A stretch of 20,484 nucleotides of DNA. Source: Caedimonas varicaedens. GTDB taxonomy: Bacteria > Pseudomonadota > Alphaproteobacteria > Caedimonadales > Caedimonadaceae. A program made the position numbers and the translations under genes. Position 1 is the first letter of the stretch. Each line of letters starts with the position of its first letter. The DNA lies in assembly GCA_001192655.1 (NCBI GenBank), contig BBVC01000097.1, forward strand, positions 1 to 20,484, read 5' to 3'. Under the pieces are notes generated by a model. It was given only the letters and a program-made list of their open reading frames with translations, did no database searches and was not told the origin of the DNA. This document shows, piece after piece, positions 1 through 9,044 of the stretch.

Positions 1-1
1 G

Positions 2-265
2 AGTCCTGGTCGAACAAGAGAGACTCATATAACCGTAAACACAGTGGAATGCCTCGCTCAAGCGGCAGAAAAAGGCTTAGGAATCATCACGCTCTCTGAT
101 GATTCTTTACTTACCAAGAAATTCAAAAGAATACTGCCCAATATCGAAGGGCCTTCTCTAAAAGTATGTTACGTATACCCTTCATCTCTTAGCAATCTAC
201 AAACTGTCCAGTTATTAGGAAATTACCTGAAAGAAACATTTTTCAAATTAAACTGTTACGAATAA
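2..265 (+). CDS. LysR-family transcriptional regulator, C-terminal part (5' end lies outside the window)
   Basis: The frame is open from base 2 to TAA at 263-265. The translation ...VNTVECLAQAAEKGLGIITLSDDSLLTKKFKRILPNIEGPSLKVCYVYPSSLSNLQTVQLLGNYLKETF matches the usual C-terminal pattern of LysR substrate-binding domains (a.aGlGIa.lp ... l..ilp ... vyp ... v..f.d.l.e). The 73-aa ORF in the track is only the part after an internal Met. Confidence 0.55.
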   Translation, partial: SPGRTRETHITVNTVECLAQAAEKGLGIITLSDDSLLTKKFKRILPNIEGPSLKVCYVYPSSLSNLQTVQLLGNYLKETFFKLNCYE

Positions 266-621
266 AAGCTAGGGATAAAACCAACCCCTGCTAAGAATGA
301 AATGAGACTTAATAATTTTCATTTTTATCCTCTTCATAAATATTTTAAATACAACAACTTAACCATATGGCAAAAACATCCGAATGGCAAGAGAGAAGGA
401 AATAAGAGAGAACTTTTTTTATACTCAATACAAAGACAAAGGACAAAATGATGTCATTCCTCGCAGCAGGAAATGAAAAAACAAACAATGTCTTCGAAAT
501 CTTGGAAAAAATATGCCCTTGATCCTGTCATCTGTACAAGATTGAGTATTGGTAATGTATTGAGTTACCTAAGAATAGGGCAGCTTGTTAATGAGGGGCT
601 TTCTATCTCTGCTGATCCTGG

Positions 622-650
622 TTGATTTTTTTTATTTAAAACAGTATACA
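622..650 (+). promoter_or_regulatory. candidate sigma70-type promoter for the rpsF operon (TTGATT-17 nt-TATACA)
   Basis: TTGATT at 622-627, a 17-nt spacer, and TATACA at 645-650, about 80 nt upstream of the rpsF ATG. Hexamer match only, in AT-rich DNA where such matches arise by chance. Confidence 0.3.
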
Positions 651-669
651 GAAGACGTTCGATCTCCTT

Positions 670-706
670 GCCGGGTAAGTCCGGCTTTGTTGAGGAACAA
701 CTCAAC
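670..706 (+). promoter_or_regulatory. two stem-loops in the rpsF 5' leader (possible S6:S18 autoregulatory element)
   Basis: Hairpin 1 is GCCGG(670-674)-gtaagt-CCGGC(681-685). Hairpin 2 is GTTGAG(689-694)-gaacaa-CTCAAC(701-706). They are followed by SD AAGGAG (718-723) and the ATG at 729. Confidence 0.3.
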
Positions 707-728
707 CCACTAGCCAAAAGGAGTTCTT

Positions 729-1157
729 ATGGAACTTTATGAAAATATCTTTATTGCGCGACAGGATTTGTCGCCAACCCAGGTTGAAACCCTGGCTGAG
801 AAATTTGCCGCTGTTATTCGCGAGAACGGCGGTTCTGTCGAGAAAATAGAAAATATAGGGTCGCGAACATTAGCCTATCTTATTAAAAAGAACCGCAAGG
901 GGCATTATGTTCTGATCAACATTGCGGCGAAACCCGAGGTCATCAAAGAGCTTGAACGTGTGATGCGCATTAATGAAGATGTTTTGCGCTTTTTGACGGT
1001 CAAGGTTGAAGAGCATGAAAAGGCACCCTCATCCCTTTTGAAAGCTTCTCGTTATCAACGCGATGAATATGATGATAATGCACGTTCGGAACTTTCCGAC
1101 AATGAGGAAGAGTCCGGAGAAAAATTTAATGACCGTGCAGAGAAAGAGAGCGACTAA
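729..1157 (+). CDS. rpsF: 30S ribosomal protein S6
   Basis: [26 protein letters not shown]...[36 protein letters not shown] is a typical S6 sequence with an acidic C-terminal tail. SD AAGGAG lies upstream. The stop TAA overlaps the rpsR ATG (TAATG). Confidence 0.95.
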   Translation: MELYENIFIARQDLSPTQVETLAEKFAAVIRENGGSVEKIENIGSRTLAYLIKKNRKGHYVLINIAAKPEVIKELERVMRINEDVLRFLTVKVEEHEKAPSSLLKASRYQRDEYDDNARSELSDNEEESGEKFNDRAEKESD

Positions 1158-1429
1158 TGTCTGAAAGAATAAATTCTTCTACCCGTAGCAGTAAGCCTGC
1201 ACAACCTCGTCGTCATTTTTTTCGTCGACGGAAATCATGCCCCTTTAGCGAACAGGGGGCTCTCAAGATTGATTATAAAGATGTTCGTACATTGCAGAAA
1301 TATATTTCTGAGCGTGGACGGATTATTCCACGACGCATTACGTCTGTTTCAGCAAAACATCAACGCAGTCTTGCCTTGGCCATCAAGCGTGCTCGTTTCC
1401 TAGCTTTATTACCCTATGTCGTGAGGTAA
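1157..1429 (+). CDS. rpsR: 30S ribosomal protein S18
   Basis: [66 protein letters not shown] is the canonical S18 core. It overlaps rpsF by 1 nt. Confidence 0.95.
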   Translation: MSERINSSTRSSKPAQPRRHFFRRRKSCPFSEQGALKIDYKDVRTLQKYISERGRIIPRRITSVSAKHQRSLALAIKRARFLALLPYVVR

Positions 1430-1433
1430 GATA

Positions 1434-2351
1434 TTGTTTGAACTTCCAAAATCTAATGAGGATCTTGGATATATTATAGGGGGGAGCGCGTTAAGCGTTC
1501 TCCTTTTTTTGTTGGCGCCGACTTTCCCTCTTCTTTTTATGGGGTTGGCGAATTTTATGATCCTACCTCTTTTGTGTTTAGGCTTGGGGCGAAGCTTGTC
1601 TGCCCAGTTTTATGCGTCTCTCCTCACTGTTTTGCTCATCACTGTTTTTACAAGCGTTCAAGCAGGATTAATTTTCTCATTTGTCAGTGTGATTCCTGCG
1701 ATTTTGCTTGCCTATTTAGCTCTTCTTTCCCGAGGTGACGCCAAGGGAGATCTTTTCTGGTACCCGCTGGGCCGGTTAATCGCTGTTTTATCAGGCTATA
1801 CCTTGGGGTTGTCTATCCTTTTCTTTTTGTTTTTTCTGAATTCAGACTATAAAACTGTTTTGCGGACTCACCTGCTTCAAATGGCGCCCGATACATTACA
1901 GGTACAGTATTCTCAGTTGGCAGACCAGATCATAAGATTTCTACCGGCTATTATGTCCATAAGCGCTTTATTAGTGACGCTGATCAATGGGATTGCAGCA
2001 CAAATGATTCTGGTAAAACTTAATAAAAATCAGCGACCAACGCCGGCAGTTTCTACGATTGAACTATCATGGTGGCTGTGGATTGCCCTAGCCCTGTGCG
2101 GTCTTGCTGCCCTTCTGTTGAAAGGAGAAGGGGGACAATTTTTTATGAATGCGGTTCTCGTGTTACTCTTTGCTTTTTTATTTGAAGGTCTGGGTATCGT
2201 TCATCTTCTTTTTGCACATTATCTTCTCGGTAAAATGTTCCTTTGGATTTTTTACATTAGTATGATAGTGTTCGGCTGGCCGATTTTAATTGTGATAGCG
2301 TTTGGGCTTTTTGAACCCTGGATTAAGCTGCGCGAACGCTTCACCCCATGA
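1434..2351 (+). CDS. polytopic inner-membrane protein, DUF2232/YybS-like
   Basis: 305 aa, very hydrophobic, with multiple predicted TM stretches. TTG start at 1434, 4 nt after the rpsR stop. It occupies the position between rpsR and rplI where YybS/DUF2232 sits in other bacteria. Family assignment rests on synteny and topology, not on a motif. Confidence 0.6.
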   Translation: MFELPKSNEDLGYIIGGSALSVLLFLLAPTFPLLFMGLANFMILPLLCLGLGRSLSAQFYASLLTVLLITVFTSVQAGLIFSFVSVIPAILLAYLALLSRGDAKGDLFWYPLGRLIAVLSGYTLGLSILFFLFFLNSDYKTVLRTHLLQMAPDTLQVQYSQLADQIIRFLPAIMSISALLVTLINGIAAQMILVKLNKNQRPTPAVSTIELSWWLWIALALCGLAALLLKGEGGQFFMNAVLVLLFAFLFEGLGIVHLLFAHYLLGKMFLWIFYISMIVFGWPILIVIAFGLFEPWIKLRERFTP

Positions 2352-2365
2352 TAAGAGGAATAAAA

Positions 2366-2866
2366 ATGGAACTTATTTTATTGCAGCGCGTCGAAAAGTT
2401 GGGACAAATGGGCGATGTGGTGAAGGTAAAGCCAGGATATGGTCGAAACTTTTTATTGCCCAGAGGAAAAGCCATACGCGCCACTCAGGAAAAAATTGAA
2501 GAATTTAAGACAAAGCGCTCTCAACTTGAAGCAAACAACTTGAAGCTCAAAAAAGAAGCAGAGGCAGTTGCAGAAAAAATGCGCGGGCTAAGTCTTGTCA
2601 TCTTGCGTTCAGCCGGTGAGAGTGGTCACTTATATGGTTCAATTCGTTCGCAAGATATTGTGGAAGGCGTTTCTTCCAAAGGATTTACGATCAGTCGCTC
2701 GCAGGTTATTTTGGATCATCCTATTAAAACGCTTGGAATTCATAAGATTCGTATTGCTCTGCATCCAGAGGTTTCTGTTTATGCGCATGTGAATATCGCC
2801 TTAACGGAAGAAGAAGCCAAGACTCAGGAAATAGCGCGTGCAGCATCTCCATCTCTTGAGGCATAA
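2366..2866 (+). CDS. rplI: 50S ribosomal protein L9
   Basis: MELILLQRVEKLGQMGDVVKVKPGYGRNFLLPRGKAIRAT is the canonical L9 N-terminus. AAGAGGA precedes the ATG at 2366. The track ORF starts 18 nt earlier at 2348 (ATGA overlap with the upstream gene), but L9 proteins normally begin at the M-x-[IV]-I-L-L motif. Confidence 0.93.
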   Translation: MELILLQRVEKLGQMGDVVKVKPGYGRNFLLPRGKAIRATQEKIEEFKTKRSQLEANNLKLKKEAEAVAEKMRGLSLVILRSAGESGHLYGSIRSQDIVEGVSSKGFTISRSQVILDHPIKTLGIHKIRIALHPEVSVYAHVNIALTEEEAKTQEIARAASPSLEA

Positions 2867-2891
2867 AAGAGGCGCTTGTCTCGTTGTGGAG

Positions 2892-2919
2892 TTTTTCTCA
2901 AGAAGTCGAATGAGAAAAA
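2892..2919. other. 9-bp inverted repeat downstream of rplI (possible 3' hairpin, not a canonical terminator)
   Basis: TTTTTCTCA(2892-2900)-agaagtcgaa-TGAGAAAAA(2911-2919). No T-run follows it. Confidence 0.25.
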
Positions 2920-3140
2920 GAGATCCTGACAAGTGTAAAAAATAAAATATATTAAAAAAAATACTGGTATCAAATAAAAAATAGTAAATATTTTTTATTA
3001 ATTGAGCTTGAAAAAGATAAGCAAGATTTTATATTATTGTGTATGAATAGATATTTTTTTACTGAAGGGCATTTTTTTGGTTATCTAAATTCTATCCCAA
3101 GATCAGGTATTTATCTAATATACCTGAAGGATTTCAAAGG

Positions 3141-3215
3141 CTGGGTAGGCGGACGAGTGGTGAGTCCCGCGCAGCGTACGTGAGCAGGACGAATGCCGAA
3201 GTCCAACGACCCCAG
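3141..3215. other. GC-rich structured island in an AT-rich spacer (candidate small RNA or cis-regulatory leader, class unknown)
   Basis: The closing helix is CTGGG(3141-3145)...CCCAG(3211-3215), followed by ATTTT. Inside are two related hairpins, GGAC-GAGTGGTGA-GTCC (3151-3167) and GGAC-GAATGCCGAA-GTCC (3187-3204), and a CGTACG palindrome. The surrounding 400-bp spacer is strongly AT-rich. Strand is undetermined. Confidence 0.3.
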
Positions 3216-3268
3216 ATTTTAAAAGGCGAGGGGTGTAGTAAAATTTTTTAACACTTGAGGATGATTAT

Positions 3269-4240
3269 TTGCACAATATGACTTCTTGTAATTCAAAGCT
3301 CTCATGGGAAAACGCGGTCGATCCTGTACATTTGCCAGAGTCGCTTATGCCTATTGTCTTTATGGATGCCCAAGAACTCCAAGAATGGCAAGGTGCTCTG
3401 AGCGAGTTTGACAAGCAATTTACTTACCCTTTGGATGCCGAGCATAAGTTTCATGTTTCTCATGGGGCTCATTACAATGCCTATTTCGATCGCATCGGGG
3501 AATCGCGCCATGCTTTGATTCATACAAGAGAAGGCAAGGTTATCGCAATCATCTCTTTTATTCGTAAACAGATTGAGCTCGCAGGTCGTCCTTATTATGC
3601 GCTTTACGTTGCAGATCTTAAAATCGATCGTGCTTATCGCGGAAAAGGGCTTGCTCAAAAATTTTATGCCTATCTTTTATCAAATCCTCGCAGTTTATGG
3701 TTTTATGTAGGTTGTCCCCTTCTTTTCTTTGTGGGGATGGAAGGCGCTAAGGGAACGATTATGCGTGGCTTCAAGGGGTTTTGGTCTCAGATTTTTCTAA
3801 AGCCGTTGGGGTCAATGAAGATTTACATGATTTCGCCTCAAGAACTCTTGAAGAAATTTCCTGAAAAAATAACTGAAAAAATTGATTTTATTTGCAATCT
3901 TTCTTCTGCTCATAACGCTCACTCTATGAATCAATATTTTGATTGTAGCGGTGTTTTGGATTTTTATTTTGATAAAAATCCTGCAAGTTCAAAAGTGGCT
4001 CACTTGAATACAGGGACTGTGCAGGGGGAAGAATTTCTTGCAAAACTTCATACTGTTACTCAAACAATAAAAAACGACTTTGATTTTATTTCTTTTGCCC
4101 TTGATGAAAGGCGCCAGGATTTAATTTCTGCCTTTGAAGAAAAAGGCATTGTAACGAAAACACGCGCTGTTTTGGGGGGGGTGACTTTTATCCCTCGTTT
4201 GCGACGAGGTATTATAAGTTTGAATACGGATGAAATTTAA
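3269..4240 (+). CDS. GNAT-domain (acyl-CoA N-acyltransferase) protein with an uncharacterised C-terminal half
   Basis: An acetyl-CoA-binding motif A is present: YVADLKIDRAYRGKGLAQKFYAYLL (R-x-x-G-x-A). The start is either TTG at 3269 (GAGGA 7 nt upstream) or ATG at 3278. No motif is recognised in the last ~150 aa. Confidence 0.6.
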   Translation: MHNMTSCNSKLSWENAVDPVHLPESLMPIVFMDAQELQEWQGALSEFDKQFTYPLDAEHKFHVSHGAHYNAYFDRIGESRHALIHTREGKVIAIISFIRKQIELAGRPYYALYVADLKIDRAYRGKGLAQKFYAYLLSNPRSLWFYVGCPLLFFVGMEGAKGTIMRGFKGFWSQIFLKPLGSMKIYMISPQELLKKFPEKITEKIDFICNLSSAHNAHSMNQYFDCSGVLDFYFDKNPASSKVAHLNTGTVQGEEFLAKLHTVTQTIKNDFDFISFALDERRQDLISAFEEKGIVTKTRAVLGGVTFIPRLRRGIISLNTDEI

Positions 4241-4259
4241 TCTGAGGAAATAAGCACAA

Positions 4260-4640
4260 ATGCAACAGGATCATTTGAAAGAATCAGTTTCTTCTCGTTC
4301 CGGAGAGATTTTTTCTGAAGAAAAACAGGGAGCTCACAGTTTCTTTGCTACAAAGGAAGACACCTTAAGCCGTACAAAAACTCTTTATTACTATGCAAAA
4401 TTTATGATTGTGATCGGGATTTTTGGGCACTCGCTTTATTATTTGCAAGCCTTTAAAATTTACAGACAGGCAAGTGCTGAAAATGTTTCCCTAGAAGGTT
4501 TTCTGATAGCTCTTTTTTCCTTGACGTGTTGGTTGATATATGGCGTTTTAATGAAAGATAAAGTGTTGATTATTGTAAATATTTTTGGGGTCATAGGCGC
4601 AACGCTCACCACACTGGCGATCTTTTCTGTGTATTTGTAA
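4260..4640 (+). CDS. SemiSWEET-like (PQ-loop/MtN3 family) three-TM transporter with N-terminal hydrophilic extension
   Basis: The C-terminal ~80 aa, FMIVIGIFGHSLYYLQAFKIYRQASAENVSLEGFLIALFSLTCWLIYGVLMKDKVLIIVNIFGVIGATLTTLAIF, follows the SemiSWEET pattern: (P)Q-x-x-K-x-x-x-x-x-S-x-x-x-x-S, then W-L-I-Y-G, then a third TM. PQ is replaced by LQ. The gene starts 19 nt after the GNAT gene stop. Confidence 0.65.
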   Translation: MQQDHLKESVSSRSGEIFSEEKQGAHSFFATKEDTLSRTKTLYYYAKFMIVIGIFGHSLYYLQAFKIYRQASAENVSLEGFLIALFSLTCWLIYGVLMKDKVLIIVNIFGVIGATLTTLAIFSVYL

Positions 4641-4668
4641 AAAGCGAATTCCTTGCGATAAAAATTCT

Positions 4669-4697
4669 TTGACCTCTGATGCAAAAAATGCTAAATA
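4669..4697 (+). promoter_or_regulatory. sigma70-type promoter of groESL (TTGACC-17 nt-TAAATA)
   Basis: TTGACC at 4669-4674, an exact 17-nt spacer, and TAAATA at 4692-4697. The CIRCE operator begins 2 nt downstream, which is the classical arrangement. Confidence 0.6.
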
Positions 4698-4698
4698 A

Positions 4699-4725
4699 TT
4701 AGCACTCTTTTCTTTCGAGTGCTAA
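4699..4725. promoter_or_regulatory. CIRCE operator (HrcA binding site)
   Basis: TTAGCACTC(4699-4707)-N9-GAGTGCTAA(4717-4725) is a perfect match to the CIRCE consensus TTAGCACTC-N9-GAGTGCTAA. It lies 70 nt upstream of groES. Confidence 0.95.
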
Positions 4726-4795
4726 TTGGCTAGAAAAGAAAAGATTTCTTTAGTCGGCTTCGATGAAGAATTGTTAACAATAAAGGAGTAATAAA

Positions 4796-5092
4796 ATGAC
4801 AGTGAAGTTTAAACCTCTTCATGATCGCGTGCTGATTAGGCGCATCGAACAAGAATCTAAAACCAGCGGGGGTATCATTATTCCTGATACAGCGAAAGAA
4901 AAACCCATTGAAGGTGAGGTTGTTGCTGTAGGATCAGGTGTGCGGGAAGAATCTGGCAATATCCGTCCTCTTGATGTCAAGGCCGGCGATCGCGTCGTGT
5001 TTGGCAAATGGTCCGGCACCGAAGTGAAGGTGGATGGCGAAGAGTTGGTCATCCTGAAAGAGTCCGACATTTTTGGCATTCTCGCCGCTTAA
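4796..5092 (+). CDS. groES: co-chaperonin GroES
   Basis: [45 protein letters not shown] is canonical GroES. SD AAGGAG lies upstream. Confidence 0.97.
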   Translation: MTVKFKPLHDRVLIRRIEQESKTSGGIIIPDTAKEKPIEGEVVAVGSGVREESGNIRPLDVKAGDRVVFGKWSGTEVKVDGEELVILKESDIFGILAA

Positions 5093-5112
5093 GGGATCAA
5101 TCTATTTTATAA

Positions 5113-6780
<1,668 letters not shown>

Positions 6781-6789
6781 ACACACCAC

Positions 6790-6848
6790 ACACCTATTTT
6801 TGAGAAGCAGGCAGTTTTCTATAGTCCCTGCTTCTCAATACACCTATT
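6790..6848. repeat. 41-bp palindromic element (11-bp terminal inverted repeats) flanked by 9-bp direct repeats
   Basis: Inverted repeats are TGAGAAGCAGG (6801-6811) and CCTGCTTCTCA (6827-6837), with a 15-nt loop. The direct repeat ACACCTATT occurs at 6790-6798 and again at 6840-6848, on either side. No T-run follows on either strand, so it is not a canonical intrinsic terminator. Confidence 0.45.
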
Positions 6849-6895
6849 ATTTATAAGATATCTTTTCTTGATGAGAAGTTTATTTTTGTCTGGAA

Positions 6896-6931
6896 AAATA
6901 AAAAAAGCCACCTAAGAAGTGGCTTTTTTTA
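6896..6931. terminator. bidirectional rho-independent terminator between convergent groEL and rpoD
   Basis: AGCCAC(6906-6911)-ctaagaa-GTGGCT(6919-6924), preceded by an A-tract (aaaataaaaaaa) and followed by TTTTTTT. The symmetric A/T tracts allow termination in both directions. Confidence 0.7.
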
Positions 6932-7010
6932 TTGGCTTTAAGAGGAATAGAAAAGGTGCAAATCTCCTTACACCTGCTTCTAAAAAGTGTTTCTCTCGTG
7001 TTTAAGGAGA

Positions 7011-9044
7011 TCAAGAATCCAGGAAGCTTCTCAATTTTCGTGAACGGCTGGGATGTTTAAGTTTGCGTAAGGCTTTTGCTTCGATTTGGCGGATGCGTTC
7101 ACGCGTCACTGAAAATTGCTGTCCAACTTCTTCAAGGGTATGATCTGTATTCATCCCGATCCCAAAACGCATCCGAAGAACACGCTCTTCACGGGGTGTA
7201 AGGCTTGCAAGGACACGTGTAGTCGTTTCGCGCAAATTTGAATTGACAGCGGCATCCATTGGCAAAACAGCGTTTTTATCTTCAATAAAGTCTCCCAGGG
7301 ATCCGTCTTCTTCGTCTCCAATGGGTGTTTCAAGACTAATGGGTTCTTTGGCGATTTTCATCACCTTGCGTACTTTATCCAGAGGCATTCCCAGTTTTTC
7401 AGCTAGTTCCTCAGGCGTGGGTTCACGGCCAATTTCATGCAACATCTGTCGCGAAGTGCGAATAAGTTTATTGATTGTTTCGATCATATGAACAGGAATT
7501 CGGATCGTTCTAGCCTGGTCTGCAATAGAACGGGTAATCGCCTGTCGAATCCACCATGTCGCATAAGTTGAAAACTTATAGCCGCGGCGATATTCGAACT
7601 TATCCACTGCTTTCATAAGTCCAATATTTCCTTCCTGAATTAAATCCAGAAATTGTAGTCCCCGATTTGTATATTTTTTCGCGATAGAAATGACAAGACG
7701 CAAGTTGGCTTCTATCATCTCTTTTTTTGCTATGCGCGTGTGACGGTCACCTCGTTGAACGTTGGCAACAATACGGCGGAATTCTGTAATATTAAGCCCT
7801 GACTCTACTGTGATTTCAGAAATTTGATTACGGATTTCCCGTACTTCTGCTTCATGAGAAGACAAAAATTTGGTGTATCCTTTTCCAGTTTGTTTTGCAA
7901 TATAGACAAACCATTCAGGATCCAATTCATGACCATAATAATTCTGAAGAAATTCCTCACGCTTAATTCCTGAATCAATCGCATAGCGCAGGATTTGTCC
8001 TTCAAGTCTTGTAAGTTTGCGATTCAAATGATAAAGCTGTTCTACAAGCTGATCGATGCGAATAGGATTCAAGTGTATCTCACTCATTAACTCTACAAGA
8101 GTCATTTTCAGATTTTTATAAGTATGATTATTTTTAGCTGAGGGTTGTTTTCCTTCCTGAGCAAGTTTCAAACGTTCAATTTGAAGAGTATGAAACTGAT
8201 CATAAGTATCCGCAATTTTATCAAACATCTCAAGCACTTGAGGCATCATGGCGGCTTCAAGAGCAGAAATTGCTTCGGTTGATTTATCTTCTCCGTTAGC
8301 ATCTTCTGTGTCAGATTCTTCTTCAGTTGTCTCTGAGTTTTCTTCTTCGTTTTCTTTTGGCTGTTTTTCTTGATTATCTTTATGAAGATCGTGCCCGGCT
8401 TCCGGTGGTTCTTTCTCTTGTTCTTCCCCAATCTGTGCTGTATCTTCGTCTGTATTAACCTCATCAAGATCAATAATATCACGTAAGTTCAGTTGGTTTT
8501 CGCGTAATGCATCTCGCCATGAAATAATGGCGCGAATTGTTAAGGGGCTTTCAAGGATCGCTTCGATCATTTCCTCTCGACCCTTTTCGATACGCTTGGC
8601 AATCGCAGTTTCTCCTTCGCGCGAGAGAAGTTCCACAGTTCCCATCTCTCGTAAATACATGCGTACCGGATCATCTGTGCGGCCAGCATCAGAAACTTCT
8701 TCACTAGGAGATTCAGTAGGTTCTAATTCTTTATCGTCTGTATTTTCCTCAGCTTCTGCTACGGTATTATCCGTTTCTTCTTCTACTTCATCACCATTAA
8801 CAATATTAATCCCCATCTCGGACAATACGGCCATGGCGTCCTCGATTTGTTCTGAAGACATCTCTTGCTGAGGAAGCAGGTCATTAAGCTGATCGTAAGT
8901 GACGTATCCCTTTTCTTTCCCGCGGGTAATTAACTTTTTAATGGCGAGCTTAAGATCTCCCTTGCGGGATTCCATTGTTTGCTCATCATTTACGATGTCG
9001 GCAGATCGATCTGAATTTGTACTCACTGTCTTATGTCCTTTCAA
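7011..9044 (-). CDS. rpoD: RNA polymerase primary sigma factor RpoD (sigma70)
   Basis: Region 2 ([41 protein letters not shown]) and region 4.2 ([40 protein letters not shown]) are present, with a long acidic non-conserved insert. The start is uncertain. The track start at 9044 is a TTG directly abutting the dnaG stop. A GTG at 9026 has AAAGGA 9 nt upstream and may be the real start. Confidence 0.95.
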   Translation of the reverse strand: MKGHKTVSTNSDRSADIVNDEQTMESRKGDLKLAIKKLITRGKEKGYVTYDQLNDLLPQQEMSSEQIEDAMAVLSEMGINIVNGDEVEEETDNTVAEAEENTDDKELEPTESPSEEVSDAGRTDDPVRMYLREMGTVELLSREGETAIAKRIEKGREEMIEAILESPLTIRAIISWRDALRENQLNLRDIIDLDEVNTDEDTAQIGEEQEKEPPEAGHDLHKDNQEKQPKENEEENSETTEEESDTEDANGEDKSTEAISALEAAMMPQVLEMFDKIADTYDQFHTLQIERLKLAQEGKQPSAKNNHTYKNLKMTLVELMSEIHLNPIRIDQLVEQLYHLNRKLTRLEGQILRYAIDSGIKREEFLQNYYGHELDPEWFVYIAKQTGKGYTKFLSSHEAEVREIRNQISEITVESGLNITEFRRIVANVQRGDRHTRIAKKEMIEANLRLVISIAKKYTNRGLQFLDLIQEGNIGLMKAVDKFEYRRGYKFSTYATWWIRQAITRSIADQARTIRIPVHMIETINKLIRTSRQMLHEIGREPTPEELAEKLGMPLDKVRKVMKIAKEPISLETPIGDEEDGSLGDFIEDKNAVLPMDAAVNSNLRETTTRVLASLTPREERVLRMRFGIGMNTDHTLEEVGQQFSVTRERIRQIEAKALRKLKHPSRSRKLRSFLDS

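Noticed and set aside
265-621. Short ORFs (13-24 codons, for example 367-405 and 448-522) and weak AT-rich inverted repeats (296-302/317-323) in the 460-bp spacer upstream of rpsF.
   Set aside because: There are no ribosome-binding sites or recognisable peptides, and the stems are short and AT-only. The spacer could be gene debris, but nothing is supportable from sequence alone.
2302-2792. ORFs at 2302-2499 and 2595-2792 on the plus strand.
   Set aside because: They are out-of-frame overlaps with the DUF2232 gene end and with rplI, and they have no supporting signals.
3141-3215. Assigning the GC-rich island to a known class. Candidates considered were guanidine-II/mini-ykkC (two ACGA-containing hairpins), ZTP/pfl (GGGUCGU... 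and CCGCCU on the minus strand), glycine (CCGAAG), a 16S-like fragment (GGCGGACG.GTG) and SRP RNA.
   Set aside because: In each case only a few nucleotides match. The ACGA tetranucleotides are not in closed tetraloops. The ZTP-like reading lacks the P1 partner and has no downstream gene on that strand. No GGAA/GNRA SRP domain IV is present. It is kept only as an unclassified structured element.
3302-3658. 118-aa minus-strand ORF opposite the GNAT gene.
   Set aside because: The plus-strand frame carries the GNAT motif A and runs 323 codons. The minus-strand ORF has no motif and no ribosome-binding context.
4174-4181. G8 homopolymer near the 3' end of the GNAT gene as a possible phase-variation tract.
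   Set aside because: G7 tracts encoding Gly-Gly also occur in essential or core genes here: dnaG at 10521-10527, DUF218 at 13960-13966 and plsC at 14636-14642. Such runs therefore appear to be a general compositional habit rather than a contingency locus.
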